Part shown: positions 1 through 13,542 of the stretch, piece by piece | Position numbering within the stretch: position 1 is the stretch's first letter | How the letters are laid out: every line of letters starts with the position of its first letter | DNA from: Octopus vulgaris | Taxonomy: Eukaryota | DNA: 64,000 nucleotides | Assembly: GCA_951406725.2 (NCBI GenBank) | Contig: OX597819.1 | Span: 109,988,001-110,052,000, forward strand | Direction: 5' to 3' | Notes under the pieces: model-generated | Database searches by the model: none | The model's input: only the letters and a program-made list of their open reading frames with translations | Told to the model about the DNA's origin: nothing | Program-made: the position numbers and the translations under genes

Positions 1-71
1 TTTACAAAAGTTTTGATCGGATCAACTGAAACTCTCGTCGTGGTAATCGGTGGAGTTCCAGTATTTTATAG

Positions 72-188
72 TATGTATGTATGTATGTATGTATGTATGT
101 ATGTATGTATGTATGTATGTATGTATGTATGTATGTATGTATGTGTGCATGCATGCGTGCATGCATATATGTATGTATGTATGTATGT
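72..188. repeat. (TATG)n microsatellite
   Basis: Tetranucleotide run read directly; source of spurious MYVC ORFs. Confidence 0.95.
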
Positions 189-631
189 CATTATACAGTT
201 TTATTCCAAGGTTTTTATGCCAATATAGAAAGCGTCGGTTTCTAACCTAGATCCGAGGTTCCTTCATTGGAATTTCAACATCAACAGGGTATTTTTTAAT
301 GTATGCGTGTTTGTTTGTTTGTTTGTGTGTGTGTGTGTGCATGTGTGTGCATGTATGTATGTATATATATATGCAGATTTATATGTTTTGTTTCATGTAC
401 GTCTTCTCATGCATATACTTGCATATCTCGACATGTTCATATATATACTTACATGATAAATTTCAGTAAAGTTATACAGATTTTTACATTTCCAGTGATG
501 GCTTGGATCTGTAGTCTTCAAACCAGCTTTCTCCTTTCTGGTTTTGAGAAGCCTAATTTCTCAAGATTGGTATTTAGGCAGTGCTCCAATAATTACCTCA
601 ATGTAATCTGGATAGCGTGGCTGTAGATTTG

Positions 632-3600
632 TCAATAGTTCAGTGCAGGTATTCTTTTTTTTTCGTTGATCTTCAGCTCTATGTTAACATCCGCTGGGCA
701 ACTGATTTCCACAACTGTACACAGTTTCTCTTTGCCCCAAACTATCATGTCAGGTCTATTATGTTTACATTTTATTAAAGTTTTCACTGGGACAATCCAC
801 CAGTATTCCTTTTTATTAGAAGTGGCTATGACTTCCACCATACTGTGAGTTCTTACTTTTTTGTACTCAAGGTTATCCTTCCGACGGATCTCGTTATACA
901 GTGACCTAGCTACAACATAGTGTCTCATCGGCAGATAATACCGTGATGACATTTACGGAAAACTGCTTATGATATGGGTGATATCTTCGGTGTTAACTCC
1001 ACAAAGTCTGCATAGGTCATCGCATTTTGCTGCTTTTCCTGCATCTCTGTCCCTTTTGTGCACCAGGTTGATATTTCTTGTTCCTGGATTGCAAATGCAT
1101 ACCCTTCAAAGTGGGAGGTAGTAACCCGGTTGTTGGTCCATGATAGATTGCTTTGATGATCAATGCTACTAACATCCAGGAACTTTCTACAAACATATCT
1201 ATGTATGGTCTTCTGCTGATATACGTTCATCTTTTTCTCTGATGATATATTTGCGGTAGAGTTGTGCAACTTCTTTGGACATGTATTTAAGGTTATCAGA
1301 CAAGGAACGCTGCTCAAGGAGCTGCTTTCCAAGTCTTATGATGTTATCAGCTTCATGTATGCAAATTTGGTCAAGGGATGCACTTCCACACTTGGTGGTT
1401 AAAAGATATTGCCGAAGGGATATGATACAACATTCAAAAGCAGTATGGATTGATGTTAAGCCTCATTCCCCTTGTTTTCGTTTTAGGTACCGGCGGTCTT
1501 GCTTGATTGAGACAGCATTCACCCGGGGTGGGTTGAGCTGGCTTCAGTCATCCTCAATGCTGCATCTCTCACAAATGCCGACCAGGCCTGGCGATTTGAG
1601 GCTAACAACCGCGTGATCTCCAACCACTCCTATTCCAGCGGCGAACACTGTAGACATGGGTGCTTAGGTTGGGTTCCAGGTCAGCTATGACTGTCATCAG
1701 CCAGGTTTTTCGTTGTTCACCACATCGCTTTCACCAACCCTGAAGGCGGTCTACGTCACTGTTTATGTGGAAATTATGTGTGCTTGTTAGTATCTTCCGG
1801 ATTTTCATATCAATGGCTCGGATTTCATCAAGTGTCCAATCAAGCAGCCCAAATGTCGGTATGAGTATTGGCACTGCAAACACATTGTGGGCTACTGTTT
1901 TATTGAATGCAGAGAGTTCCTAGGTCAAAATTTTCTTTATTCGGCTGTAATATTCTTTAGTGATACGCGTTTTGTTACAGGTGCCATCGTAAGATATGTT
2001 TTCATCAATCACAAGGTACCTGTAATATTCCTGGTCAATTGCAGGAAAAACAGTTAAGTCATTAATGGCGATGTTGTTTTACAGTTTTTTTCTCTTTTTA
2101 CAATCATAAAACAACATTTATCCTGACAAAACTCCAACCGTAAACCCTTTGAGAATGTAACCAGGTCAAGGCTCTTTTTTATCCCATGCATAATTTTTGC
2201 ATATGGTTTGAAGTTATCCACAAAGAAACAGTGTGTAATTTTGGTAGTTCTGTTTCCTTGTGAACCAGTGAAATATCCTTCAGACTTATTTAACACAAAT
2301 GACAAGGGGTTTACAGAAAGTATAAACAACATAACAGAGAAGTTGTCCCCTTGGAATATACCTCTGCGATACTGTATTCTGTCAGTGATTATACTCCTTG
2401 TATTTAACTTCAAGATGGTGGTCAACGATGAAGTCAGGTCAGCTATGGCTCGGACTATGCTCAGTTGAACTTTAGCAAGTCGAAGGGCTTCTAGCATCCA
2501 TGAGTGGGGGACAGTCAAAGGCTTCCTTGTAATCCAGCCACATTGAAACTAGATTCCCTCTATGCTCCCGCATCTCTGACATTACAGTTTTGTTTATTAG
2601 CAATCGCTCGGCACATTTCCAAACTCCCTTCTTCCCAGATACTTGTTCTGCTATGATGATATTATTACTTTCACAATGGTCTCAAAGGAAGAGGTTTAAA
2701 CATGCTGTATATATTTTATACATTAAGTTTTGGCATGCAATTGGCTGGTAGTTTTTTTCCATGTGGGCGGTTCTGCATTTGGGGCTCAGTTTTGTCTCTG
2801 CCAGACCTAACCAGTGTGGTATGCTAGTTTCTTGTATCGGTATCCAACAATCAAGTCTCTTCCAAGTGCTTTTCTATCCTGAAGTTTCTGGATCACAGTT
2901 ACAAGGGTATCACCATCAATGATGTATGTCTTGGGTGTAATGCATGGACAATAACTTCGAATTTTTTCCAGCCACAGAGCATCTTGGTTAAACTCCTCTT
3001 CACTCCAGATTTTCTTCCAAAAGGAGTCTATGTCTTATCGTTAAGAAATCCTGTGATGTTGACTGCTTTACCTCTCATGTCTGTACACTGCCGCCTGGTT
3101 CCAGTTAAAATTTTGGTTTATTGTTTTTCTCTCGGTTATTCTCTTCTGATGTCGGAGATTCTCACAGACAGCTCTTAGCTCCTGCTTGAGGATGATCAGT
3201 TTGCAAGTGAGTGACCTCCTTTTGCTGTTTCCAAACATCACTTCTATCTCCTTCTTCCCCTTTTGTTGGTGAAACTTATAGTGATTTTCTTGATTGCACG
3301 CAATAAACATTATCACATGGTTGATGGTTTTTCCGTAAATGTGCTATTTTTTTCTCTATCTTCAAAATCGGCGATGGCACTTTCTTCGTTGTTTCGGTTT
3401 TGTTCACTTTTTAAATGCCGATTATCTACTGCTTTGCAGTAGTAGACGGGGCATATTGACAGGCGTTGATCTGCCAGAATGAGGGTTCATTACACTGCTG
3501 TAAATACTCCAATTTCGTTAACAGCTTTTAATACCGTATCTGGTGTTTTTTTTCCACTTACTTTGGTAGGGAATACTCTCTCCTTGAGAGAGTACATCAA

Positions 3601-3660
3601 AGTCAAAGTTATTTTTTCTGTAAAAATTTCAGTAAGGGCATATTTGACCAACATATAATT
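632..3660 (-). mobile_element. Degenerate R4/Dong-type (RLE) non-LTR retrotransposon
   Basis: Broken ORFs carry RT motifs (YRRGIFQGDNFS, FFVDN for YMDD), FAIQEQ, RHY (for RHD) and RLE motifs NRPDMIV and VEISCP. The 5' side abuts a (CTA/CTG)n tract. Confidence 0.85.
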
Positions 3661-3663
3661 CGG

Positions 3664-3902
<239 letters not shown>

Positions 3903-4376
3903 AGTAATCGTTGCGGTTGTGCTTGCTGTTTACCATAGTCATAGTAGGGGAGAGTGATTACTTACTTTAGTAAGTAATGCAGTATGTATGTATGTATGAA
4001 TGTATGTATGAATGTATGTATGTATGTATGTATGTATGTATGTATGTATGTATGTATGCATGCATGTATGTATGTATGTATGTATGTATGTATGTATGTA
4101 TGTGTGCGTGTATGTGCGTACGTATATGCCTTTTCAATCTGTATGTTTGTCACCCCACTTCTTGACACTGGAGTTTATTTTCCCGTAACCTAGCGGGTCG
4201 GCAAATGTTAACTATAAGATAAATAGCAAACTTTAAAGAACATGTAAGTATTGGGGTCGATTTCTTCGACTGAACTATTCAAGACAGTGCCACAGCCTGG
4301 CCGCAATCCAATGACAGAAACAAGTAAAAAATTAAAATAATACTAATACACTCGTTTTATTGTCTTTTATACAATA

Positions 4377-4889
4377 CTAGCAGTATCGCCCGGCGTTGCT
4401 CGGGTTTGTAAGGGAAATAACTATATAAGCATTTTTAGAGAGTTACTTCCCTTATAGATGCCAATTCGGGCTTTCTTAGCCATTTCTGTTTTGGTGTCTT
4501 CGAGCCATGAAGTCGTTGTTCTAAAAGAATGCTGGTCTCCTTGACAACGCTTTACGACGTTGATTTCCTTACACTCCCTTCCCCACAGCTTCACGAGGGA
4601 GGGAAGAAGGGGGAGAAGCAAACAGGTGCAGATGTGAGCGTGGACGCCAACTCCGCCGCCATCGACACACGAAAAATTATGCATTAAAATGGAATAAAAA
4701 ATGATGTTAAATTATTTTTTAAATCGTAGACTCATCATAGAGGCGCGCTAATACTTAGACGGGCTCGATATGAATCACGACTATAAGATACCCGAATTTG
4801 GTTAAACTGCACCGCAAAATGTGGGAGTAGTTAGGAATCTAAATCGAAGGGGACAGACACTCACACAACTACAGTTTTATATATATAGA
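4377..4889 (-). mobile_element. Non-autonomous Helitron
   Basis: On the minus strand it starts A|TC(TATATA) and ends CTAG|T, with a subterminal GC hairpin CCCGAGCAACGCCGGG about 10 nt before the end. No TSD. Confidence 0.75.
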
Positions 4890-4998
4890 TTCCCATCACA
4901 TCTGTTGTAACTTAGACCCAAATTATTTTACCACATACCCAACATATCTTTGTGACTTTTATAAAATTGTTGTATTTTTCTTTTTACCATATTCCCAG

Positions 4999-5210
4999 CC
5001 GAGGTATTTTTAACCTTGCAAGTCGACTACTTGGGCGGATTTTTCACCAGAGTTTTCACAAGTGACATCGCAAAAATGAACAAAGACCTAATTTTTGATC
5101 AGAAGTTTGAACTATCATTGAATTGTTCTCAAACGTTGAGGATCAACGCCTACAAACGTATCCCAAGCACGTTCCAGGATTTCCAGTTTTTCGCTATGGG
5201 TACATTCGAA
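4999..5210 (+). CDS. BCR/ABR-like gene, exon a (C2 domain); upstream exons not found in the window
   Basis: Acceptor ttcccag| and donor |gtaaat. Encodes EVFLTLQVDYLGGFFTRVFTSDIAKMNKDLIFDQKFELSLNCSQTLRINAYKRIPSTFQDFQFFAMGTFE, which resembles the BCR/ABR C2 domain as recalled (LYCTLEVDSFGYF...EEFEIELEGSQTLRILCY). Ends phase 0. Confidence 0.85.
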
Positions 5211-5399
5211 GTAAATAGACAAAAGTTTGCGATTTGTTGCCGGACCCAAAATCACATTTAGCAAGTTTTGTTTTTAAATTTCGTTTTGCATTATTATTGT
5301 AATTAGAATATTTTTATTTATGCTTTCTATTTAATGTTTGTTTTTCTAATTTCATTTGGATTTTTACTTCAGACATTAATATTAGTATTATCATATTCA

Positions 5400-6236
5400 A
5401 GGCGACGAGCTGGCAGAGCCATTAGCGCGCCGAGCAAAATGCTTAGTAGTATTTCGTCCGTTCTCAAGTTCAGAGTTAAAATTTTACTGATGTCGACTTT
5501 GCCTTTTATCCTTTCGACGTCGATAATTTAAGTACCAGCTGAGTTCTGGGGTCGATGTAATCAATGTGCCCCCTCTTTCGAAATGCTAGCCTTGCGTCAA
5601 AAATTTTAAACCGATATTATCATTGTTCGCTAAACAAGTTTTATGTGAATTTATCTATCCCAAAAGGATGAAAAGCAAAGTCGACCTCGACGGAATTTGA
5701 ACTTAGAACGCAAAGCCAGAAAAAATGCCGCTAAGCAATCTGTCCGGCGCGGTAATGATTCTGTCCGTTCGCTGTCTTGTCTCATTTTAATAGCGATTCC
5801 AAATTGTGGTACAAGGCCAGAAATTTTAGGAGAGGGTAAATCAATTACATCGAACCCGGTATTCAACTGGTACTTGTCGACCCCGAAAGGATGAAGGGCA
5901 AAGTTGATCTCGGTGGTATTTGAACTCAGAACGTAAAGACGGATGAAATGACTTTGAACATTGCACCCGGCGTGCTAACAATTCTACCAGCTCACGATCT
6001 TGTCTTCTTTTAATATCAAAATGTCCAGGTATTCTGAGTTCTGGGGTCGATGTAATCGATGTGCCTCCTCTTTCGAAATGCTAGCCTTGCGTCAAAAATT
6101 TTAAACCGATATTATCATCGTTCGCTAAACAAGTTTTATGTGAATTTATCTATCCCAAAAGGATGAAAAGCAAAGTCGACCTCGACGGAATTTGAACTTA
6201 GAATGCAAAAGCCGGAAAAAATTCCGCTAAGCAATT
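5400..6236. mobile_element. Cluster of family-A tRNA-derived SINE copies in both orientations, with a ~200-bp direct duplication
   Basis: Head GGCGACGAGCTGGCAGA and core GTCGACTTTGCCTTTCATCCTTTCGGGGTCGATAA. 5538-5740 is repeated almost exactly at 6034-6236. Confidence 0.8.
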
Positions 6237-6926
6237 AAATTCAGTGATAACTAAATTGAAAATCAGCACATATAGGGCGCCATGTATCAACCACTTGTCA
6301 ACAATAATGTCTGTCTTATTTGATTTTTTAATATTTCCAACAAGATGGGGCACCCCACCACTACTGTAGTAATGTAAGGGCCTACTTTGATGAGATTGGG
6401 AGAATACTTAAAAAAAAGTCTGATTACAACTTCAGATAATCGACGATACTGAACTAGAGTGCACACAACTATCGAACAAAAATGTTTCCTGATGTTTAGG
6501 ATTCCATTGCTTCGCATTACTAATAGTGCTTGAGCCAGAACGATCATCAGTTTATAAGCATGTGTTCATAAGAATCTCTGAAATAAAACCCCTTCTCGCG
6601 ATTCCATTCTACTAGATGGCTTGTCTTCACACGACTGGTGGGTACCATCTACCCATGACTATTATGGATGACTATTAACTCTGCTGAGTTCCTCCACCCT
6701 TCTACTGGTCTTCTTTTTCATCCCTGAGGGTGCCCCTTCGCTAAAAAAAAAAAAAAGAATCATCTCCCTCACTAGGCAAAATTGGATGGGGCTGCCGGTT
6801 TAATCGCCGACGACTCAACCATGCAAAAGGTTGAAATGGGTTCTATGTCATCAGTAACGCGAAAGCGACGCCACACACACATACGCACGCACGGACACAC
6901 ACACGCGCACACACGCACACACACAC

Positions 6927-6974
6927 TTTCTTCTTCTTCTTCTTCTTCTTCTTCTTCTTCTTCTTCTTCTTCTT

Positions 6975-7067
<93 letters not shown>
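6927..7067. repeat. (TTC)n(TTA)n compound microsatellite
   Basis: Read directly. Confidence 0.95.
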
Positions 7068-7069
<2 letters not shown>

Positions 7070-7472
7070 GGGCGGTGAGCTGGCAGAAACGTTAGCACGC
7101 CGGGCGAAATGCGTAGCCGTATTTCGTCTGCCGCTACGTTCTGAGTCCAAATTCCGCCGAGGTCGTCTTTGCCTTTCATCCTTTCGGGGTCGATAAATTA
7201 AGTACCAGTTACGCATTGGGGTCGATGTAATCGACTTAATCCGTTTGTCTGTCCTTGTTTGTCCCCTCTGTGTTTAGCCCCTTGTGGGTAGTAAAAAAAT
7301 AGGTATTTCGTTTGCTGCTACGTTCTGAATTCAAATTCCACCGAAATCGACTTTGCCTTTTATCGTTTCAGGGTCGATAAATTAAGTACCAGTTTCGTAC
7401 TGGGGGCGGGGATTCTATCTAACCGACTGGTCCCCTTCCAAAATTTTCGGACATTTTGCCTATAATAGAAAT
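7070..7472 (+). mobile_element. Nested family-A SINE pair (Tx1-tailed copy followed by the 3' remainder of an alternative-tail copy)
   Basis: A/B-box head, core, tail ...GCCCCTTGTGGGTAGTAAAAAAATA, then a restart at GTATTTCGTTTGC with a second core and a different tail. Confidence 0.85.
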
Positions 7473-7536
7473 GTAATATAACCGAGTGTTACGGCGAATA
7501 GAAGGGTCACGATCTTAAATTATCTTTTGTTGTCAG

Positions 7537-7602
7537 CTCCAAAGACCAACTATCGGCGATCAATACTGCTTGGTTACCGTCCCGTTGATACCAGCCGATT
7601 CA
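7537..7602 (+). CDS. BCR/ABR-like gene, exon b (C2 domain)
   Basis: Acceptor ttttgttgtcag| and donor |gtaagt; 66 nt, phase 0-0, open: LQRPTIGDQYCLVTVPLIPADS. Length fits the segment missing between exons a and c. Confidence 0.7.
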
Positions 7603-8007
7603 GTAAGTGTTGCTACGTTGCTTCTTATTTGTTTATATTTATTTTCTTTTCCTGTCTCCTTTCCTCTTCTTTTGTTATTGTTATTTCACGTCAGGTCAGG
7701 TCCGTTGAAGCAGACCATTTAACGATACATTAAATGGCTTTCCCCACAGTCACCGTCCCGTCATTTTATCATTTTATCATATTATTTGATTTTCAGCCAG
7801 AATTGCCCATAGGTTAAACTTATCCAGTGAGTTAGGTCTCTATTTTGTTAAAAAAAACAAAACAAACCAAACAAAAAATCATTAAAAGTGCAGCCGTGGC
7901 TGTGTGGTATAAAGCTTGCTTCTCGACCACATGGTTCCGGGTTCAGTCCCACTGTGTGGTACCTTGGGCAAGTGTCTTCTCTTATAGCCTCGGGTCGACT
8001 AAAGCCC

Positions 8008-8059
<52 letters not shown>

Positions 8060-8063
<4 letters not shown>

Positions 8064-8705
8064 CATAAATGAGGGCAAAGGAAAAAATTTCTAATGCCAA
8101 ATATGCCGAAAAATTGGACATATTGTCCATTAACCATATAATTTGTTCACAATACGCACGCTACTCGAAAAAAGGTCGACAAACATTTCTAAAAATTCCA
8201 TTATTACCATATCGGACCGATTTCAGAGTTAGCTACTAAGAGCCCTCTCTTCGTCAGTGATACATGTGGCAAAAGAAATAAATGAGATACTTACTCATGC
8301 CCATGGAAGAAGTATTTCTATTTTGGATGTATTTGGGGTACTTAGTTGTGCTCATGACTTAGTGTTTGCTTCTTCCATGGGTATGAGTAAGTATCTCATT
8401 TATTTCTTTTGCCACATGTATCACTGACGAAGAGAGGGCTCTTAGTAGCTAACTCTGAAATCGGTCCGATATGGTAATAATGGAATTTTTTAGAAATGTC
8501 TGTCGACCTTTTTTCGAGTAGCGTGCGTATTGTGAAAAAATTATATGGTTAATGGACAATATGTCCAATTTTTCAGCATATTTGGCATTAGAAATTTTTT
8601 CCTTTGCCCTCATTTATGAATTGTTTATAAATTTAACCGTTTAAGGTATTTTTTAATATGCTGGCCATTGATAAAATTTTTTTCGAAAGAAATTTTATCC
8701 TCATT

Positions 8706-8708
<3 letters not shown>
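8060..8708 (+). mobile_element. Foldback Penelope-like pLTR element between (TA)n tracts
   Basis: Inverted arms 8060-8312 and 8369-8622 (about 4 substitutions and 1 indel), a unique 3' tail, and a hammerhead motif in each arm. Confidence 0.8.
8419..8476 (+). ncRNA. Type-I hammerhead ribozyme motif (mirror copy 8205-8262 on -)
   Basis: tatca CTGACGA agag...ctct GAAA tcgg t ccga TA tggta; stems I, II and III all pair. Confidence 0.8.
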
Positions 8709-8740
<32 letters not shown>

Positions 8741-8746
8741 CACACA

Positions 8747-8968
8747 CAGGGTAGCCCAAAGGTAGGTTTACAGTTACTCAACTATCTCTTTCGCATTCAT
8801 TCATTAACAGTTTAGATCTTAATTACAAACAATATGAAACCATTATTCTATGCTAATTTAGTCAATTTTGTCAAGCTCCCTTTTCAGTTTGTAAGATAGA
8901 AATTTAAATGTAATAAAATGTTTTAAAAGACATATAAGTGATAACTGTAATCCTACTTTTGGGCCACC

Positions 8969-8971
<3 letters not shown>
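8747..8971. mobile_element. Tc1/mariner-type MITE
   Basis: TIRs of about 30 bp: CAGGGTAGCCCAAAGGTAGGTTTACAGTTA and TAACTGTAATCCTACTTTTGGGCCACCCTG; followed by TA. Confidence 0.8.
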
Positions 8972-9017
<46 letters not shown>

Positions 9018-9166
9018 AACACCTTTTTCTGCAAAATATGGGTAGGTTATCCTATTTAGGGTATATTATTAGCATCAGCGTCCTGCGTTTGAGAATTTAA
9101 AACCATTTCTTTAACTTTCTAAGACATCTTGACGCTTCTAAAGCAAACTTCGTTTGTTTGTTTACG

Positions 9167-9216
<50 letters not shown>

Positions 9217-9768
9217 GTATGTATTTATGTATGTATGTATGTATGTATGTATGTTGTACCTCGCCACCTCTTGACAACCGGTGTTGATGTGTTTACGTCC
9301 CGCAGTTTAGCGGCTCGGCTCGAGGTCGATAGAGTAAGTACCAAGTCCACTTGACTAAAAATTCTTCAAGGTGGCACCCCAGCTTAATCGCAGTCTAATG
9401 AATGAAAGAAAGTGAAAGAAAACAGTAGACGTGATATCAGAGATAATTAATAGCTCCTTCTGGAGATGAAACCACCAACAGCTCAACCAGAGCCAACACG
9501 AAGTAAAACAACAGCAATAACAACAATATACCCCGTTGCTCAATGGCTCATGATTTAGCTTTAAGGCAAGCAAATTGGTCTTACTAAAACTTAGGTTCAT
9601 TTCAAACGATTTCTGGTAATACGCGAGGTCATGTTATAAGATGGCGTTGTTTTTTAGCTCTCAAAGCAGTAATATGTGTGTGCTTGTGTGTTTGTGTGCA
9701 TATGTGTGTGTGTATGTATGTATGTATGTATGTATGTATGTATGTATGTATGTATGTATGTATGTATG

Positions 9769-9817
<49 letters not shown>

Positions 9818-9963
9818 CAATAAGAAAATGGAGGAGATCAATATGTGGTTATGCAATAAAAAGCACTTGTGTATTAATAATTGGATATTTTACCAGCAGT
9901 ATATTGATTGGATAGATATTATCCCTTAGTGGGTTGGATTCACAACCTCTAACTTTCTTGAAG

Positions 9964-10004
<41 letters not shown>

Positions 10005-10049
10005 TATATAAAGTATATATGTATGTATATGTGTATGTATTTATAAGCA

Positions 10050-10771
10050 ACAAGATCCCCACCCAAAGGATTTTGACGTGTAGGTACAGACATGTAGGGC
10101 ACTTTCGTCAAATTTTCATTTTCACCGAACACATCGAGGAGAGATATTGCATCAAGTGGGAATACTCAGGCTTAAATCATTGAGGAGATTCAGGAGGCAT
10201 TTAGCGATGATACTGTGGGCAAAATTCAGGTCAAGGAGCAGTTGAACCGCTCCAAACATGGCTGCACCTCGGCGGAGAGTGTGGTACGCTCAAGTAGGCC
10301 ACCCACAAGCTGAAACGAGGAGCTGATCGAGAAAGTTCGGTGACTAGTCATGGAAGGCCGTCGTGTAAAAAAATGCAGTTAATTGCTCAACTAAGTGCGA
10401 ATAAGGGCAGGTTCAGTGCATTTCATTTTAACGGAGGATTTGTACGTGTGGAGTATGTCGGCAAAATTCGCCCTTAAGTTTCGCATGGAGATCGCTCAGG
10501 ACATGCTGGCGTGCAAACTATGACCCAGACGTCATAAAGACCATCACCTCTGATAATGCCACATGTGCTTATGGTCTGCTTGAAATCCGATGAGCGCGCA
10601 CTACTACACGTCTCTACTGTAGGCGTAACAACCGGGAAATGCCACGGTCTAGCCTCGTGAAAATTTTGACGCATGCGCAGGAAGGGTGGCATCACCTCCC
10701 ATCCAAAGGATTTTGCACGTGCGGCATTTGTTTTGGCGAGATAAAAGTCGGACACTTTTGAACGCACCTCG
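10050..10771 (+). mobile_element. Degenerate mariner fragment
   Basis: Transposase N-terminal remnant (ERYCIK...IQEAFSDD...RSSRPTTS*NEELIEKVR). Right TIR ...GTCGGACACTTTTGAACGCACCTCG followed by TA. Confidence 0.7.
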
Positions 10772-11372
10772 TATGTATACATATATGCATACTAACATAC
10801 ATACATACATACATGGTTGCTGCCCCCTCGTTATCGAGTATGGCCATTGCACGAAGCTTAATCAATGTTGTTATCGTGCAATGCCTGTGCAAGAAGATAT
10901 TTTTTTAAGTGAGGAAAAGCTGTGCACTGAGTCAATCCCACTCACTAAGCAACAGCAGCCATAATCCGAAAAGAAGAACAAGTCAACATCATCGGTAACC
11001 ACTGAGCCGCAGGTTTTATGTCGGAGTTATCCCAGTTACCTGAGTTACCTTCTCCTAGAAGGATGCCCTGACAAAGGCTAGGAGTCCTTCACTCCCAATG
11101 GTTTAACTGCGCGATCGGGTATTCAGTCCGATTATTTCTATGTCCCCGCGCATGATACAGCCTTAAGACATTTATTGGATGGCCGTTGACTCTCAAGAGT
11201 TCCTCCGCCCTTTGACGGGTTTTTCATCCCGCAGGGTGACCAATAAACACCCTCCTCACCAAGCGAGCTTGGTGGGGTCACCGGTTTAGTCGCCGACGAC
11301 CCGACCATGCAACAGGTACATACATACATACATACACACACACACATGCGCGCGCGCACACACACACATATA

Positions 11373-11754
11373 TAGCTGAAAGATTATAATTAAAATTAAT
11401 CAAAGGACATACTAAGTATGCCTACCTGCTGGAAATAACAGTGAAAACGTTAGGAGATTTTATTACCCTGATCTGCTTCGGTTGGTTTCTGTAGTTATCA
11501 TCAGTGTAATTTTGGCGATTTAAATACGTTTCGACTGTTATTTCCTGCAGGTAGACATACTTAGTATCTTCTTTGATTAATTAAAATTTTAATCCTTCAG
11601 CTATTTAATGCTTTTCTTGGGCCTGCGATCACCTATATTATTAATTTTGTTATTATCATTTTTTAAAATAGTCATTCCAGATGATAACAAAATTAATATC
11701 TTAACAAATTAATTTTCAAGAATTATATTTTTTCTCTTGAACTGTTTGCTTTTG

Positions 11755-11757
<3 letters not shown>
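11373..11757. mobile_element. Older foldback element ending in (TA)n
   Basis: Imperfect inverted arms at about 11373-11450 and 11526-11603. The spacer has a CTGATGA...GAAA remnant on the minus strand. Confidence 0.6.
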
Positions 11758-11785
<28 letters not shown>

Positions 11786-11901
11786 AATAATATGGTTTAT
11801 ACCTGGTAGCTTGCCGGTAAAGCACGTTCACATTCACTGTGTTCGTTATGCATTTGGTTAATGAGAGAGACGGAAGATGGAAGAATCAAGAATTTTTATT
11901 A

Positions 11902-12007
11902 ATCACTGCAATTATTTCTACCCATCTAGAATCGACTCCTCACGGGTGGGATACTTAACGACTGGTTCAGGAACATCCGACGGTGTAGATGTGTCTCTTC
12001 AGGTGAT
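11902..12007 (-). ncRNA. Degenerate hammerhead motif with long stem II
   Basis: Minus strand: atcac CTGAAGA gacacatcta...tagatgggta GAAA taattg CA gtgat. U16.1 is mutated. Confidence 0.5.
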
Positions 12008-12431
12008 AAATAGATATAACTCCTTAGAATAACAGTTCCGCAAGGTATCATCTCAGTTTGTGTAAAGAAAAGCAGAAAATGAAAGGATATAGCTTATGTA
12101 GAAGCTTAATAATAAAATATTACAGATGCAAAAAAGAAACGAACATACATCCTTTTTGTAAATGCATGGGTGATGTATGTATCTCTGTCTTTCTCTAGCT
12201 GCTCATCTTTGTATTTACTTCCAGTAAGATACACAGCTAGTTCACTAGCTGTCAATCGTGTGTCTTTCTGTTTGTTAGACTCTCAAAGAATTTCAGAGCA
12301 GAACATAACACAACAATGTCAACAATGACCTCAAACAAACAAAACGAAATGCCGATCCCATCCTCCACAACAACAACTAAAAACTCATTGCCTTGACTTT
12401 ACCAATGTTTTACTCTCGCCCTATCTTGCAG

Positions 12432-12580
12432 AGACTACACCTGATCATGTCAGTGCGACTTTACTCTCACGAATTCACAGAGAATAAGTGGACTGTGTTG
12501 GATTCCGCTAACGACGATGTTCTACGTCTGTGGCGCATGCGTGGAAAAGTGTTCGGCCAATGCATAAAGGATGTTTTGAA
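12432..12580 (+). CDS. BCR/ABR-like gene, exon c (end of C2, linker, start of RhoGAP)
   Basis: Acceptor ctatcttgcag| and donor |gtgagt. Encodes RLHLIMSVRLYSHEF...GKVFGQCIKDVL(K); VFGxxIxxVxK is the typical pre-RhoGAP motif. Ends phase 2, matching exon d. Confidence 0.85.
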
Positions 12581-13507
12581 GTGAGTAAGGCCACGTGATG
12601 GTTTATCTACTATCTAATTTTCTGGGGTCGGGTTGGGTTTGAATCTCGTTTTTATTTTTCTCATTTTTGAGCTGGTTTAAACAAGGTTATGTCCGGACCC
12701 CGAGAGTACTAAAGAAGGTTTGTTTGGGCAACAATTAATGAGAAAGGAGCTGTTGTTATTGTGATTGTTGGTAGTGAGATGCTACAAGTTACGCTGTCAG
12801 GCTTTCATGTTTTGCTCTCCATTGAAGAGAAATAAGCTAAAGCGTGAGACATTAAAATTTTCTCGACACTTGAAATCATCGCCATTTCTGCGAAGCCTTT
12901 CTTAGATTTTGACCAGGTACGAAGGTTTATGTAAATATTATTTGTGGATGTTTGTTGATGCTGGGATTAGTATTGGTGGTGGTGATGGTTCCTTAGCCCT
13001 TTGACCACAAGGTACATATTTTATATCGTATTTTGAGAATAATAGCTTCATTGCTTACGTGTTTCATAACTGACTTATCGCAACAACGCTGTATCTACGA
13101 CGAAGCATATACAACAGGCATCAGAAACGTCTTCAAATTCCACTTGTAGAGAAACGGAGAGTGAAAAATGAGGGTCTGTCTCTGTCTCCCAACACCACAA
13201 TTAATTAGATGAAAGGTAGGTAAGAGTAGCGCAAATGGTCCGGATGAATGAACCTATCCTCACCTGTTTTGTAATCCTGCTTTGAGGCCAGATTATACAA
13301 GAGAGAGAGAGCGCACATCTCTTGATTATCAAAGTAACCCTGGATCTGCCTGGGCCCCTTGATTGCGCTTAGGGGGCTGTATTCCTATTCAGACATCTCA
13401 TACGATTCTCTTTGTTCACAGACTCTGCATTAAACCCAAACCCTGTTTTTGTAATTTCCTCCCATTCCATTACTTCAGTGGGGAGTAACAAATTATTATT
13501 ATTATTA

Positions 13508-13542
<35 letters not shown>

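Noticed and set aside
215-275. Hammerhead-like layout on the minus strand (TGAAGG aacct..aggtt aGAAA), with a similar relic at about 490-545
   Set aside because: The core deviates at several invariant positions; at best a dead relic.
12660-12760. Possible extra exon of the RhoGAP gene (GLFG-like text)
   Set aside because: Stops in all frames, and exons c and d already join in phase.
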